This document shows, in pieces, positions 1 through 11,271 of a stretch of DNA of 64,000 bases. Positions within the stretch are counted from its first letter, which is position 1; each line of letters begins with the position of its first letter. Source of the stretch: Myxococcales bacterium. Its GTDB lineage: Bacteria > Myxococcota_A > Polyangia > Haliangiales > Haliangiaceae. The notes beneath the pieces are model-generated. The model was not told where the DNA came from and made no database searches. It saw only the letters and a program-made list of their open reading frames with translations. The stretch spans positions 399,695-463,694 of the forward strand of contig JADJGV010000002.1 of NCBI GenBank assembly GCA_016707895.1. The letters run 5' to 3'. The position numbers and the translations under genes are program-made.

Positions 1-509
1 CGGATCGCCGGCTGATCGCGTTCACGCAGTACCCGCCGGGCGGCGGCCCGGGCGGCGCGCCTGGGCGGCTGGTCGCGCTCGATCTGGATCGCGGCGCGCG
101 CTGGGTGATCGCCGACGATCCGCTGGCGTCGTCGCCGTTCCCGATCCCGGGCGGCGCGCAGGTGCTGTACGTGTCGGCGCGCAGCGGGCTGGCCGCGCTG
201 TACGTCGCCGAGCCCGGGCTCGCGCCGCGGCAGCTGACCAACGTCGGGCGCCGCGTCGTCGACGCCGCGTTCGTGCCGGTGCCGGGGCGCGAGCTGGCGT
301 GGCTCGACGCGAGCCACGCGATCTACACCGCCACCTACGACGGCGTGGCCCGGCTGTGGGCGCTCGACGTCGCCACCGGCGCGGCCCGCGACCTCGGGCC
401 GGGGCGGCGGCCGCGCGCGGTGGCCGGCGGGGTGGAGGCCGTGATCGATGGCGCGACCCGCGCGCTCGATCGCGCGGCGATCGTGGCCGCGCTGGAGGTG
501 GCGCCGTGA
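1..509 (+). CDS. C-terminal fragment of a beta-propeller (TolB/PD40-like) periplasmic protein; the 5' end lies outside the window
   Basis: Open frame from base 3 to the TGA at 507-509; WD/PD40-like repeats (AWLDASHAIYTATYDGVARLWALD). The stop overlaps the next gene start (GTGA). Confidence 0.4.
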   Translation, partial: DRRLIAFTQYPPGGGPGGAPGRLVALDLDRGARWVIADDPLASSPFPIPGGAQVLYVSARSGLAALYVAEPGLAPRQLTNVGRRVVDAAFVPVPGRELAWLDASHAIYTATYDGVARLWALDVATGAARDLGPGRRPRAVAGGVEAVIDGATRALDRAAIVAALEVAP

Positions 510-1744
510 TCCGCCGCGCGCTGATCGCGACGCTGGCGCTGGCCACCACCGCGCAGGCCGGACCGTACCGCTGGCCCACCTCGCCGGCCGGCGTCAACGC
601 GCACCTCGATCACGGCAACCTCACCGACTACGCCTGCGGCAACAACACGTACAGCGGCCACCGCGGCACCGACATCGGCGTCGGGCGCAACACGCAGGTC
701 GTCGCCGCCGCGGGCGGCACCGTCAAGCACCGCACCGACGGCTTCGGCGACGGCTTCATCGGCTCGACCGACGGCGGCGGCTTCGGCAACGTGGTCGCGC
801 TGTACCACGGCGCCGGCGAGGAGACGATCTACGGCCACCTGACCGCGGGCACCGGCATCCCGGCGCTGGGCGCGGCGATCGCGTGCGGCGATCCGATCGG
901 CCGCTCGGGCACGTCGGGCAACTCCAGCGGGCCGCACCTGCACTTCGAGACCCGGGTCGCGGTCAGCGAGACCGGCTCGTACTACTCGGGGCAGGCCGAG
1001 GATCCCTACGCGGGGCCGTGCAGCGTCGCGGTCAGCGCGTGGACCAACCAGAACGGCGGCGCGCCGACCGCGACCTGCGCCGGCGGCTCGACCCTCGTCG
1101 ACGACGCGGCGTTCGTCGCCGACGTGACCATCCCCGACGGCACCGAGGTGGTGGCCGGCGTGCCGTTCATCAAGACCTGGCGGCTGCGCAACCGCGGCAC
1201 CTCGACCTGGGGCGCCGGCTACCAGCTGGCGCACCTCGACGGCCCCGACTTCGGGGCGGCGGCGATCGCGGCCAGCGCGGCGCCGGGCGCCGAGGTCGAG
1301 CTGACCGCGACGATGACCGCGACCGGCAGCGGCGTGGTGCGGTCGCGCTGGCGCATGACCCACGACGGCGCCGGCTTCGGCGAGATCGTCTGGGTCGAGG
1401 TGGCCGTCGTCGCGGCGCCGTCGACCGACGCCGACGGAGATGGCGTCGGCCCGGGCCAGGACTGCGACGACGCCGATGCCGCCACCCACCCGGGCGCGGT
1501 CGAGGACTGCGACGGCGTCGATCGCGACTGCGACGGCGCCAGCGACGACGGCCTGATCCGCGCGTGCTGCGACACCGGCCTCGAGACCTGCAGCGGCGGC
1601 GCCTGGGGCGCGTGCTCGGTCGAGTGCGCGCCGGCCGACGGCGACGAGGGTGGCTGCTGCCAGACCGGCGGCGACGGCGTCGGCGCGGCGGGCCTGGGCG
1701 GGCTGGCGCTGGCCGCGCTGGTGGCGCGTCGCCGGCGGCGCTAG
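506..1744 (+). CDS. Secreted M23 (LytM-type) metallopeptidase with Ig-like domain, myxobacterial Cys-rich repeats and MYXO-CTERM tail
   Basis: GTG start followed by signal peptide VIRRALIATLALATTAQA. M23 motifs HRGTDIG...HLHFE. C-terminal CDDADAATHPGAVEDCDGVDRDCDG repeats, then GGLALAALVARRRRR (MYXO-CTERM-like). Confidence 0.8.
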   Translation: MIRRALIATLALATTAQAGPYRWPTSPAGVNAHLDHGNLTDYACGNNTYSGHRGTDIGVGRNTQVVAAAGGTVKHRTDGFGDGFIGSTDGGGFGNVVALYHGAGEETIYGHLTAGTGIPALGAAIACGDPIGRSGTSGNSSGPHLHFETRVAVSETGSYYSGQAEDPYAGPCSVAVSAWTNQNGGAPTATCAGGSTLVDDAAFVADVTIPDGTEVVAGVPFIKTWRLRNRGTSTWGAGYQLAHLDGPDFGAAAIAASAAPGAEVELTATMTATGSGVVRSRWRMTHDGAGFGEIVWVEVAVVAAPSTDADGDGVGPGQDCDDADAATHPGAVEDCDGVDRDCDGASDDGLIRACCDTGLETCSGGAWGACSVECAPADGDEGGCCQTGGDGVGAAGLGGLALAALVARRRRR

Positions 1745-1745
1745 C

Positions 1746-3530
1746 TCAGCCGCCCGAGTCGATCACCCGAGCGTCGGGCTCGCCGGGGCAGGCGCCCGGC
1801 AGCGTCACGCGGAGCAGCACGCCGCGCCACTCGTCGCGGGCGCCGGTGACGATCAGCTGGCGGCCGTCGCGGGCGGTGGTGATCACCAGGCCGTCGAGCG
1901 GGAAGTCGCCCGCGTAGGTGTCGCCGAACGTCGGTGAGACGTACAGCGCGCCGCACACCTCGGTGGCGAGCGCGTAGTGGTCCTGTTCGATGTCGTGGGC
2001 GCCGATGTAGCGAGCGACCAGGACGACCACGTCGCGATCGCCGACCCGCTCCCGCCGCCCGACCCGCGTGCCGCTCCACATGCAGCTGGTGAAGTCGTAG
2101 TCGGTCTCGCTCTGCGACGCCTCGCCGCGATCGACGCGCGCCTGGATCTCGTCGAGGGCGGCCTGGCCTTCGCGCTTGGCCGCGGCGTCGCACGCCCCGG
2201 TGCACTCGCCATCGAACCGCTCGCGCGCGAGCTCGCGCCCGCCGACGGTCAGCCGGAGCTCGCCTTCGATCCCGTCGCACGCCCGCAGCGCGCGGGGGTG
2301 GAGGTCACGCGCGGTCAGCAGCGCGCCCGGCGTCGGCGGCGCGGGCGGCCCGATGATCGCGACCGGCGGCGGCTGCCCGGCGCACGCGCGCTCGGCCAGC
2401 TGCGCCTCGATCGTCGGGTCGCCGCCCTCGGCGGCGTGGCGCACCCACAGCCGCGTCAGCTGCGTCCGCGCCATGATGTCCTTGGGTCGCACGCCGGCCA
2501 GCGCGTCGGCGATCGGCGCCCGGTACAACAGCTCGAGCCAGGTCCGCCAGTCGCGGTGCACCAGCCGGCTCACGCGGTCCGCGGTCGCGTCGTCGCGCGT
2601 GGCCAGCGCGTCCTCGAAGACCGCCTCGGCGAGCCCGGCCTCGTCGGCGGCGATCGCCTGCGCCATCGCGGGCCGCAGCCGCGCCAGCGCCGCGGCCTGG
2701 CCGTGGCGCCGCGCCAGCCGCAGCGCGCGGCGCGGGTTCCAGCGCAGGCCGCGCCCCGGCGGCGTCGCGTCGAGCGCCGCCACCAGCGCGTCGACCGCGG
2801 CCGGCACGCCGGCGTCGTGGGCCAGCGCCACCTCGAGCCACGCGCCGCGCAGCGCGTTGCGGGCGTCGGGCGCCGCCGCGTCGACCAGCGCCTGCGCCTG
2901 GCCGGTCCGCCCAAGCGCCACCAGCGCCTGCACCCGGCGCTCCACGTAGAAGCTCTCCTCGTCGGGCTTGGCCTGGGCCTCGGGGCGATCGTAGCGCGCG
3001 GCCGCGCCGGCGACGTCGCCGCCGATCGCCTGGTCGCGGACGGCCTCGAGGTCGACGTGCCACGACGGCGGCGGCAGCGGCGCGCCGGCCAGCGCGCGCG
3101 CGGGATCGCCGATCAGATCGCGGGGCAGATCGATCTGGCTGAACGCCGCGACCGCGACCCGCAGGCCGGCGCGGTCGTCGATGTCCTGGTGCAGCGACAC
3201 GGCCTCGGCCCACGCCGCCTGCAGCGGACCGTCGCCGTCGTCGCGCGCGCTGTCGACGAGCGCGCGCGCGATCACCGCCGCCAGCGCCGGCGTCAGGTCG
3301 GGGGCGAAGTCGTCGAGCACGTCGCGTCCGTCCAGCAGGCAGCGCAGGCCGCGCGACGCCGCCAGCGCGTCGGCCTGCGCCGAGGTCGGATCGGGCGCGT
3401 GCAGCCACCCGTCGCCGCGCACCACCGCCATCGCCGCGTCGGCCGCCGGCGTCGCCGCGGGCGCCGCCTTGCGGCCGCGTCCACAGCTGGCGATCGTCAG
3501 GGCCACAGCCACCCAGCGGTGCGCGCGCAT
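1746..3530 (-). CDS. Hypothetical lipoprotein (595 aa)
   Basis: ATG at 3530 gives [16 protein letters not shown], a lipobox signal peptide. The annotated ORF's first 208 codons are Arg/Asp-rich antisense of thiE and were trimmed. Confidence 0.55.
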   Translation of the reverse strand: MRAHRWVAVALTIASCGRGRKAAPAATPAADAAMAVVRGDGWLHAPDPTSAQADALAASRGLRCLLDGRDVLDDFAPDLTPALAAVIARALVDSARDDGDGPLQAAWAEAVSLHQDIDDRAGLRVAVAAFSQIDLPRDLIGDPARALAGAPLPPPSWHVDLEAVRDQAIGGDVAGAAARYDRPEAQAKPDEESFYVERRVQALVALGRTGQAQALVDAAAPDARNALRGAWLEVALAHDAGVPAAVDALVAALDATPPGRGLRWNPRRALRLARRHGQAAALARLRPAMAQAIAADEAGLAEAVFEDALATRDDATADRVSRLVHRDWRTWLELLYRAPIADALAGVRPKDIMARTQLTRLWVRHAAEGGDPTIEAQLAERACAGQPPPVAIIGPPAPPTPGALLTARDLHPRALRACDGIEGELRLTVGGRELARERFDGECTGACDAAAKREGQAALDEIQARVDRGEASQSETDYDFTSCMWSGTRVGRRERVGDRDVVVLVARYIGAHDIEQDHYALATEVCGALYVSPTFGDTYAGDFPLDGLVITTARDGRQLIVTGARDEWRGVLLRVTLPGACPGEPDARVIDSGG

Positions 3531-3599
3531 CGTCGCGAGTGTAACGCGCGGCTCCCCCGCGGCGTTCCCGATCGCCCGCGGGGTGATACCGTCGGGCGC

Positions 3600-4262
3600 G
3601 TGACCCTCCAGGTGCGCGCACGACTGGCCGCACGCATCCGCGGCTTCTACGCGATCCTCGACGCCGACGACGAGGGGCTCGCCGCCGCGCTGGTCGATCC
3701 CGCCGGCTGCGCCGCGCCGGTCTTGCAGGTCCGGCTCAAGCACGCCCGCACCAGCGAGCTGCTGGCCGCCGCGCAGATGGCCCGCCGCGTGACCCGCGCG
3801 GCCAACGCGCTGCTGATCGTCAACGACCGGCTCGACGTCGCGCTCGCCGCCGACGCCGACGGCGTGCACCTCGGCCAGGACGACCTGCCGCTGGCCGCCG
3901 CGATCCACGCGCTGGGCGCGGCGCGCGCGCGCATGCTGATCGGCGTCTCGACGCACGACCTCGCGCAGGTCGCGGCCGCCGTCGCGGGGGGCGCCGACTA
4001 CCTCGGCTTCGGGCCGGTGTTCCCGACCGCGACCAAGGCCAACCCGGATCCGGTGGTCGGGGTCGACGGGCTGCGCGAGGCGTGCGCCCGCGCCGGGCAG
4101 GTGCCAGTGGTGGCGATCGGCGGCGTCGGCGTCGGCGCGGCTGGGGCGCTCCACGCGGCGGGCGCGGCGGCGGCCTGCGCCATCAGCGCCGTCAACGCGG
4201 CCTCCGACCCGGCGGCGGCGGCGCGCGCGCTGGCGCTACCCTGGCGCACCCCGCCGGAATGA
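3600..4262 (+). CDS. thiE: Thiamine-phosphate synthase
   Basis: ThiE motifs [45 protein letters not shown] start at 3600 inside the longer artifact ORF 1977..4262. Confidence 0.85.
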   Translation: MTLQVRARLAARIRGFYAILDADDEGLAAALVDPAGCAAPVLQVRLKHARTSELLAAAQMARRVTRAANALLIVNDRLDVALAADADGVHLGQDDLPLAAAIHALGAARARMLIGVSTHDLAQVAAAVAGGADYLGFGPVFPTATKANPDPVVGVDGLREACARAGQVPVVAIGGVGVGAAGALHAAGAAAACAISAVNAASDPAAAARALALPWRTPPE

Positions 4263-4354
4263 CCGGGAATTCTGGGCCGCGTGGTAGGGTTACCGCCGCA
4301 TCCGACCTTGAATACCCCGGGTCGGCTGTCCGTCTTCCGTTCCAGAGGTTCCCC

Positions 4355-4669
4355 ATGGTCAAGCTCGGTCTCGCCGCTCTCGTCGCCACCTTCCTCGCCA
4401 CGCTGACCTTCGCCACGGTCGCTGGCCCCGGCACCGCCGACGCCGCCGCGCCCTGCAAGGCCAAGAAGATCGAGACCAAGTTCCTGGCCGACGCGTGCAA
4501 GGCCGGCGGCCAGAAGGCGGCCAAGGACGTCATGAAGAAGGCGATGAAGGAGTGGAAGAAGAAGGACGCGAACGTCTCGTGCGCGTCGTGCCACACCAAG
4601 GTCGGCGGCGACTATCCGAAGAAGCCGAACGCGATGAAGGACCTGACCGAGAAGTTCGGCGTGAAGTGA
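4355..4669 (+). CDS. Small secreted Lys-rich mono-heme c-type cytochrome-like protein (104 aa)
   Basis: Signal peptide MVKLGLAALVATFLATLTFATVAG plus a single CXXCH motif (CASCH). Confidence 0.5.
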   Translation: MVKLGLAALVATFLATLTFATVAGPGTADAAAPCKAKKIETKFLADACKAGGQKAAKDVMKKAMKEWKKKDANVSCASCHTKVGGDYPKKPNAMKDLTEKFGVK

Positions 4670-4685
4670 GCCCTGGCGCCGCGCG

Positions 4686-5567
4686 CTACCAGCGCGGCGG
4701 TGCGCCGGTGCGGCAGGCGATCGCCAGCTGCTGCCAGCCGTGATCCGAGCGGCCGGTCGAGTACATCGAGAACTCGACCAGCAGCTTGCCGTGCAAGCGC
4801 TCGCAGCGCTCGGCGGCGGCGATGCGCAGCGGCGCGGAGTCGCCCGGTGTCTGCGCGATCAGGTCCGCGAGCGTGCCCGCCGCGGTGACCGCCTCGAGGT
4901 CGTGGTCGGCCAGCGCCCGCAACGGCTTGCTCAGCGTCGGCGCGGGCGGCGCGGCCAGGACATCGCGCCACGCCTGGCCGTGCTGCCGCGCCAGGATGGC
5001 CAGCACCGTCTCGTCGTGGCGATCGCCGCGCCGTGACGCTCGGCCCAGCGCGGCCGTGTGGTCGGCGGTGAGCGCGGCGATCAGCGCCGGGTGATCGAGC
5101 AGGTAGATCGCCGCGTCGATCCGCAGCGCGGCGACCGGGCCGTCGATCGCGGCGACCAGCACGCTCACGCGCGCGCTGTCGGTCGCGGCGCCGGCCCACG
5201 CCGCGAGCGCGGCCAGCAGCGCCGGGCTCGGCCGCTCGACGTAGCCCTCGTAGTCGCCGGCCGGCCAGCGATCGGCCGCCACGAACACGAGCGCCGTCCG
5301 GCCTTGGCGAAAGCCCGTCCGGCACGAGGTGTTGGTCTCGCGCGCGATCAGGCGCCGGCCGCTGCCCTTGAGGCGCCGCTTGACGGCGAGGGCGACCGGC
5401 CCCGCGTAGCGCGCACCCGGCACGGCCCCGACCTTCACCACCGCGACGTCCCGGGCCAGCTCGAACAGCTCGAACACCGTCTGGTGGCGCTTGGAGCAGG
5501 CCGCGGCGGGGCGGGCGGCGGCGGCGAACGCGAGGCAGACCCCGGCCGCGGCGACGAGGAGGCGCAT
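4686..5567 (-). CDS. Hypothetical secreted protein (294 aa)
   Basis: ATG at 5567, signal peptide MRLLVAAAGVCLAFAAAARPAAAC, and high GC3. Confidence 0.5.
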   Translation of the reverse strand: MRLLVAAAGVCLAFAAAARPAAACSKRHQTVFELFELARDVAVVKVGAVPGARYAGPVALAVKRRLKGSGRRLIARETNTSCRTGFRQGRTALVFVAADRWPAGDYEGYVERPSPALLAALAAWAGAATDSARVSVLVAAIDGPVAALRIDAAIYLLDHPALIAALTADHTAALGRASRRGDRHDETVLAILARQHGQAWRDVLAAPPAPTLSKPLRALADHDLEAVTAAGTLADLIAQTPGDSAPLRIAAAERCERLHGKLLVEFSMYSTGRSDHGWQQLAIACRTGAPPRW

Positions 5568-5600
5568 GCGGCTAGGACGCACGACCTCGCCGCGGGGATC

Positions 5601-6464
5601 TCACGACGTGCACTTCGCCTTGTTCTTGGCCGACGCCTTGAGGTCCTTGTCCATCGCGTCGGCCTTCTTGACCAGGCTCGACGAGGCGTACTTCTGCTTG
5701 AGCAGCGACAGGTAGGCGCGCGCCTCGCTGCAGTTCTTCAGCTTGGCGGCGGCCTCGGCGGCGCGGAACAGCCCGTCGTCGGCGAGGTCGCTGGTGGCGA
5801 ACTTGTCGTAGACCTTCTGGAACTCGCGGATCGCCGAGTCCCAGTCCTGCTGCTGGAAGTACGACTCGCCGCGGAAGTACTGGGCGTCGTCGGCGCGGCT
5901 GTGGGTGGGGAACCCGACCGCCAGCTTCTTGTAGGCCTCGCGGGCCTCGTCCCACTTGCCGGCCTTGAAGGCGTCGGTGCCCTGGGTCCACAGGTCGTCG
6001 GGGTTGAGGCCGGCCACCGGGTTGGTGCCGGTGGTGCCGCCGGTGCCGGCCGGCTTGCCGCCGCCCTCGAGCGTCGCCAGCCGGGCCTCGATCGCGCCGA
6101 GGCGCTCGTCGTTCGCGGCCTTGTACTTCTCCACCTGCGCGGCCAGGTCGTCCATCATGTTCTTGGCCGCCGACACCAGCCCGGTCGACACCCGGATGTC
6201 GTTGCGGAGCGCGTCGACGTCGGCGCCCAGGTCGGCGCTGTTGCGCTTGAGCACCTTGGTGGCCTCGTCGAGGATCTTCTGCAGCTCACCGACCTGCTTG
6301 TCGATGTCCTGCTCCTTGATGGTCAGGCGCTCGTCGATCTGCTTGACGTCCTTGCGCAAGGACGCGCCCTCGCTCTTGGTGGTGACCCAGAAGCAGCCGG
6401 TGCTGCCGAGGGTGGCGGCGAGGACGACCAGGGGGAGCGCCCCAGAGTGTGACTTCATCGACAT
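5601..6464 (-). CDS. ybgF: YbgF/CpoB-like Tol-Pal associated periplasmic protein (coiled coil plus TPR)
   Basis: Signal/lipobox LVVLAATLGSTGC. An N-terminal coiled coil is followed by TPR-like repeats (AQYFRGESYFQQQDWDSAIREFQKV). It sits immediately downstream of pal. Confidence 0.6.
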   Translation of the reverse strand: MSMKSHSGALPLVVLAATLGSTGCFWVTTKSEGASLRKDVKQIDERLTIKEQDIDKQVGELQKILDEATKVLKRNSADLGADVDALRNDIRVSTGLVSAAKNMMDDLAAQVEKYKAANDERLGAIEARLATLEGGGKPAGTGGTTGTNPVAGLNPDDLWTQGTDAFKAGKWDEAREAYKKLAVGFPTHSRADDAQYFRGESYFQQQDWDSAIREFQKVYDKFATSDLADDGLFRAAEAAAKLKNCSEARAYLSLLKQKYASSSLVKKADAMDKDLKASAKNKAKCTS

Positions 6465-6490
6465 GCTGGCTCTCGCGGTGCGGGTGGGGC

Positions 6491-7258
6491 TCAACGCCAC
6501 TGGAACTCGACGCGGCGATCCTTCTCGTCGCCCTGGCCGGTGGGCTCGGTCTCGCCCTTGGGCACGACCTGCAGCTTGGCCGGGTCGACGCCGAGGCGCG
6601 CCAGGTAGTCGGCGACGGTCTGGGCCCGGCGCTCCGACAGCGCGATGTTGTACTCGTCGGTGCCCGAGCCGTCGGTGTGGCCCATCACGTAGACCGACTT
6701 CTGCGGGGTCTTGCTGATGCACGCGCTGTTGGCGTCGAGGCGGTCGCGCTCGCTCGGGGCGATCGCCGAGTCGTCGTAGCCGAAGTACACGGTGGCCAGC
6801 GTGCACGCGGCGTCGCCGCCGCCGGCCCACGGCTTCTGGCAGTAGCCGCCGACGCAGTCCTCGTCGTCGGCGCAGTCCTCGTCGGTCTTGCACGCGGTCG
6901 GCCGCTGGCAGGCGCCCGCCATGCACTTGCCGCCGGGGCCGCACTCGTTGTCCTTGGCGCAGGCGCGGCAGGTGCCGGCCTGGCACACCTTGCCGTCGGG
7001 GCAGTCGGTGTCCTTGGCGCACTCGGGCTTGGCCACGCAGGCGCCCGAATCACAGCGCTGGCCGTCGGCGCAGTCGCTGTCCTGGGCGCAGGCGACGCAC
7101 TGCTTCTCGACGCAGATGAGGCCGTCCTTGCAGTCGTCGTTGCCGTCGCAGGCCGGGGTCTTGGGCTTCTTCTTGGTGCAGGCCGCCACCAGCCCAACCA
7201 CCAGCACCGAGACGGCCATGATCGACAACGTGAAGCGGAAGCCACCGACGGGACGCAT
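6491..7258 (-). CDS. pal: Peptidoglycan-associated lipoprotein (OmpA-family) with N-terminal Cys-rich repeats
   Basis: Lipobox LVAAC. Five CxxxxC-type Cys-rich repeats. C-terminal OmpA domain (VYFGYDDSAI...GHTDGSGTDEYNIALSERRAQTVADYL...RRVEF). Confidence 0.8.
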   Translation of the reverse strand: MRPVGGFRFTLSIMAVSVLVVGLVAACTKKKPKTPACDGNDDCKDGLICVEKQCVACAQDSDCADGQRCDSGACVAKPECAKDTDCPDGKVCQAGTCRACAKDNECGPGGKCMAGACQRPTACKTDEDCADDEDCVGGYCQKPWAGGGDAACTLATVYFGYDDSAIAPSERDRLDANSACISKTPQKSVYVMGHTDGSGTDEYNIALSERRAQTVADYLARLGVDPAKLQVVPKGETEPTGQGDEKDRRVEFQWR

Positions 7259-7353
7259 GGCTGGAACCTACGGGCCCGGGCCGGCCGAGTCAAATCTCCG
7301 GCGGCGGCGGTCGAACCAGCGTCATGGGGCGGCGTGATAGCCTGACGTCGGCC

Positions 7354-8727
<1,374 letters not shown>

Positions 8728-8771
8728 CGGCGGCGGCGTCCGAGGGCGGCGGGCGCGGCGCAGATTCCAAG

Positions 8772-8787
8772 TGGCTGAAATCACGCA
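8772..8787 (+). promoter_or_regulatory. Candidate sigma-54 (-24/-12) promoter TGGCTGaaatcACGCA upstream of the lipoprotein / ECF-sigma operon
   Basis: GG and GC dinucleotides are spaced exactly 10 nt apart (TGGC-N8-cGCa), about 70 nt upstream of the ATG at 8858 and about 45 nt downstream of the EBP gene stop. Confidence 0.35.
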
Positions 8788-8857
8788 CCCGCCTCTCGGA
8801 GTCCAGATTCTTGCTGGGCGCGCCACCCAAACCGCCCCCCTGCGGACAACGGTAGTC

Positions 8858-9244
8858 ATGAAGTTCACCCTCTTCTTCGTCACCGGCCTGGCGCTCGCCG
8901 CCTGTGGCCCCAAGGCCGGCATCTCCGACGTCCGCATGATCCACGCGCCTCCCCGCGAACCCAACTGCCAGCTCGAGATGATCCAGATCGACCCGACGAC
9001 GATCACCGTCGAACAGCGATGGGAGATCCTCGGCTACGTCACCTTCTCGGACGCTGGCACCCAGGACCCGTTCGCGAAGGCCAACCGAGAGCTCCTGCGC
9101 CCGCGCGCGTGCGCGATGGGTGGGACGGCGGTCGGGATCGCCGTGAACGCGTCGGCGCAGAACGCCGTCGGCGCGCAAGGCAGCGCGATCTCGTACATGG
9201 TGCTCCGTCCGAAGTCGCTGCCGAGCGAACCTGAGGCCCTGTGA
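8858..9244 (+). CDS. Hypothetical lipoprotein (128 aa)
   Basis: MKFTLFFVTGLALAACG lipobox. Its stop overlaps the next start (GTGA). Confidence 0.5.
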   Translation: MKFTLFFVTGLALAACGPKAGISDVRMIHAPPREPNCQLEMIQIDPTTITVEQRWEILGYVTFSDAGTQDPFAKANRELLRPRACAMGGTAVGIAVNASAQNAVGAQGSAISYMVLRPKSLPSEPEAL

Positions 9245-10062
9245 GGCGCGACGCGCTCGCGGCGGTCATCGCCGCGGCCTGCGGGGCCTGCACGCCGGGC
9301 ATCTACCATGCGCCCGTGCGCCAGCCGAACTACTACTCGGTCGGCTCCGATGGGGCGCGGTCGTTGCAGTACTCCCAGATCAACGAGTGGGTGACCTACG
9401 GAACTGACGGGCTGGGGGCACAGGCGCGGGTCGCGGCGGCGTACGAAGACGCACAGCACGCGCCGGCGCCGCCGGTCGAGATCGTCGTCTACAACGCGTC
9501 GTTGCCGCCGGGAGTCTCGATCGACGACGGCACCTTCGCGATCGCGCCCGACGCGCCGTACGAGGCGGTGGGGCGGTTCGAGCTCGGCTACTGGCTCGCG
9601 ACCGCGCCTCGCGAGACGGCCATCACCGACGACCTTCGGCGCCTCGCCGCGGTGGCAGGTGCCGACACCTTCATCGTCGAGATCCGCCACGTGGGTCACG
9701 CGGACGATCGCGTCAACTACGTCAGCGGCGTCGCGCTGCGCCAGCGGTCCGTCACCCGGGCCCCGCCGTCCGTGGCGGCGCGCCGCGCGGCGCGGCTCGA
9801 GTACCGCGCGCGCGGGTCGGGGTGCCTGTCCCCGGACGAGTTCGCCGACGAAGTCTCCGTCACGCTTGGCTACTCGCCTTGGCGCGAGGACGCGGCGCCG
9901 ACGCTCACCGTCGAGGTCCAGCCCCGCGACACCGACTTCCTGGCGACGATCACCGTACCCGGCGCCCGGCCCAAGCAGCTGACCGGCACCTCGTGCCGGT
10001 CGGTGACGGCCGCGGTCGTCGCGGTGGTGGCGGTGCAGCTGGACGAACCGAGGCAGCGTTGA
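9241..10062 (+). CDS. Hypothetical lipoprotein (273 aa)
   Basis: GTG start with lipobox AAACGAC. Its stop TGA lies 1 nt before the next gene's GTG. Confidence 0.5.
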   Translation: MRRDALAAVIAAACGACTPGIYHAPVRQPNYYSVGSDGARSLQYSQINEWVTYGTDGLGAQARVAAAYEDAQHAPAPPVEIVVYNASLPPGVSIDDGTFAIAPDAPYEAVGRFELGYWLATAPRETAITDDLRRLAAVAGADTFIVEIRHVGHADDRVNYVSGVALRQRSVTRAPPSVAARRAARLEYRARGSGCLSPDEFADEVSVTLGYSPWREDAAPTLTVEVQPRDTDFLATITVPGARPKQLTGTSCRSVTAAVVAVVAVQLDEPRQR

Positions 10063-10063
10063 C

Positions 10064-11218
10064 GTGTTCGAGCTGAGCCACGTCGAGCGCGTGATCAGGC
10101 ACCTCGTGCGGTTCGGGTCATCTCGCACCGACGCCGAGGACCTCGCGCAGGAGGCGTTGGTCATCGCGTGGCGCAAGCGCGACACGCACGACCGCGACCA
10201 CTCGCTCGACGCGTGGCTGTACGGCATCGCGCGCAACGTCTACCGCAACCACGCGCGCGGGCGGCGGCGGCGCGGCGACGTGGATCACGCGCTCGACTAT
10301 GACCTCGTCGGGGAGCCGGGTGAGGCCGCTGGCGCGCTCGCGGTGCAGGCGGCGCTGCGGGCGCTGCCCGAGCGCGACCAGGACCTGGTGATCCTGCACG
10401 AGCTCGAGGAGTACACGCTCAAAGAGGCCGCCGCGCTGCTCGAGATCCCGTTCGAGACCGCCAAGGACCGGCTGCGCCGCGCGCGGGCGCTGCTGCGCGA
10501 ACACCTCCAGGCAGACCTGGCGGTCGCGACCGCGAGCGAGCGCCGCACGACGGCGCGGCTCGCCAAGGCGGCGGCACCGGCCGTCCTCGTCGCGGTGATG
10601 GCCATGGTGCCCAACGCCGCGATGGCGGCGCCGGCAGGGGGTGGCGCGAGCGGCGGCGCGGTGTCGGCGACCGGGACCAAGCTCGTGCTCGCGGTCGTGC
10701 TGGCCGGTGGCGTCGCGATCGGCGTGGTCGTGGACCGGCTGGCCAAGTCGCCATCGCCGCCCGGGGCCGACCGGCCGGCGATCGTGGCCGCCGGGGGCCT
10801 CGCGCGGCCGGTCCCGCTCGACGCGGGGGCCGGATCGACCGCGGACGCGCGCCCGCGCCCCTCCGCCGACGCCCAGCCTGCGGCGACGATCGACGCGGGT
10901 GCCCGGCCGGCGGTCGACGACCTGCGCGCGCGCCCCGACGTCGACGCCGAGCCCCAGCTCATCGAGCGCGCCAGGCGCACGTTGCGGGGCGGGGGCGCTG
11001 CCGCCGCGCTCCGGGTGCTGATGGCGCACGAGCGCCGCTTCCCCGCGGGGCAGCTCGCCGAGGAGCGCGACATCCTGCTGGTCGAGGCCTACCTGGCGAT
11101 CGGCGACACACGCCTCGCCGGCGAGCGGCTGCGGCGCTATCGCGCCTCCTACCCGGCGGGGCTGCACCGGCAGCGCGCGGACGCGGCCGAGCGTCAACTC
11201 GCCGGGCCTTCGCCCTGA
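10064..11218 (+). CDS. ECF (sigma-70 family) sigma factor fused to a transmembrane / TPR-like C-terminal extension
   Basis: Sigma2 region (DAEDLAQEALVIAWRK) and sigma4 region (YTLKEAAALLEIPFETAKDRLRRARALL). Then a TM helix (LVLAVVLAGGVAIGVVV) and a ~170-aa extracytoplasmic tail. Confidence 0.7.
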   Translation: MFELSHVERVIRHLVRFGSSRTDAEDLAQEALVIAWRKRDTHDRDHSLDAWLYGIARNVYRNHARGRRRRGDVDHALDYDLVGEPGEAAGALAVQAALRALPERDQDLVILHELEEYTLKEAAALLEIPFETAKDRLRRARALLREHLQADLAVATASERRTTARLAKAAAPAVLVAVMAMVPNAAMAAPAGGGASGGAVSATGTKLVLAVVLAGGVAIGVVVDRLAKSPSPPGADRPAIVAAGGLARPVPLDAGAGSTADARPRPSADAQPAATIDAGARPAVDDLRARPDVDAEPQLIERARRTLRGGGAAAALRVLMAHERRFPAGQLAEERDILLVEAYLAIGDTRLAGERLRRYRASYPAGLHRQRADAAERQLAGPSP

Positions 11219-11271
11219 GCGCCCGTGGTGCTCGCCGCTCGCCCACGGTTGGCTCGACGACGACGCGCCGA

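Noticed and set aside
335-1917. Long ORFs 335..1489(-) and 448..1917(+) overlapping the M23 peptidase gene
   Set aside because: Their translations are Arg/Gly/Asp/Pro-rich low-complexity strings typical of off-frame reading in 70%+ GC DNA. The M23 frame shows clear domain motifs.
1977-4262. 761-aa ORF on the plus strand
   Set aside because: Only the last 220 codons (thiE) look protein-like. The upstream 540 codons are antisense of the lipoprotein gene 1746..3530 and are Arg/Gly-rich junk.
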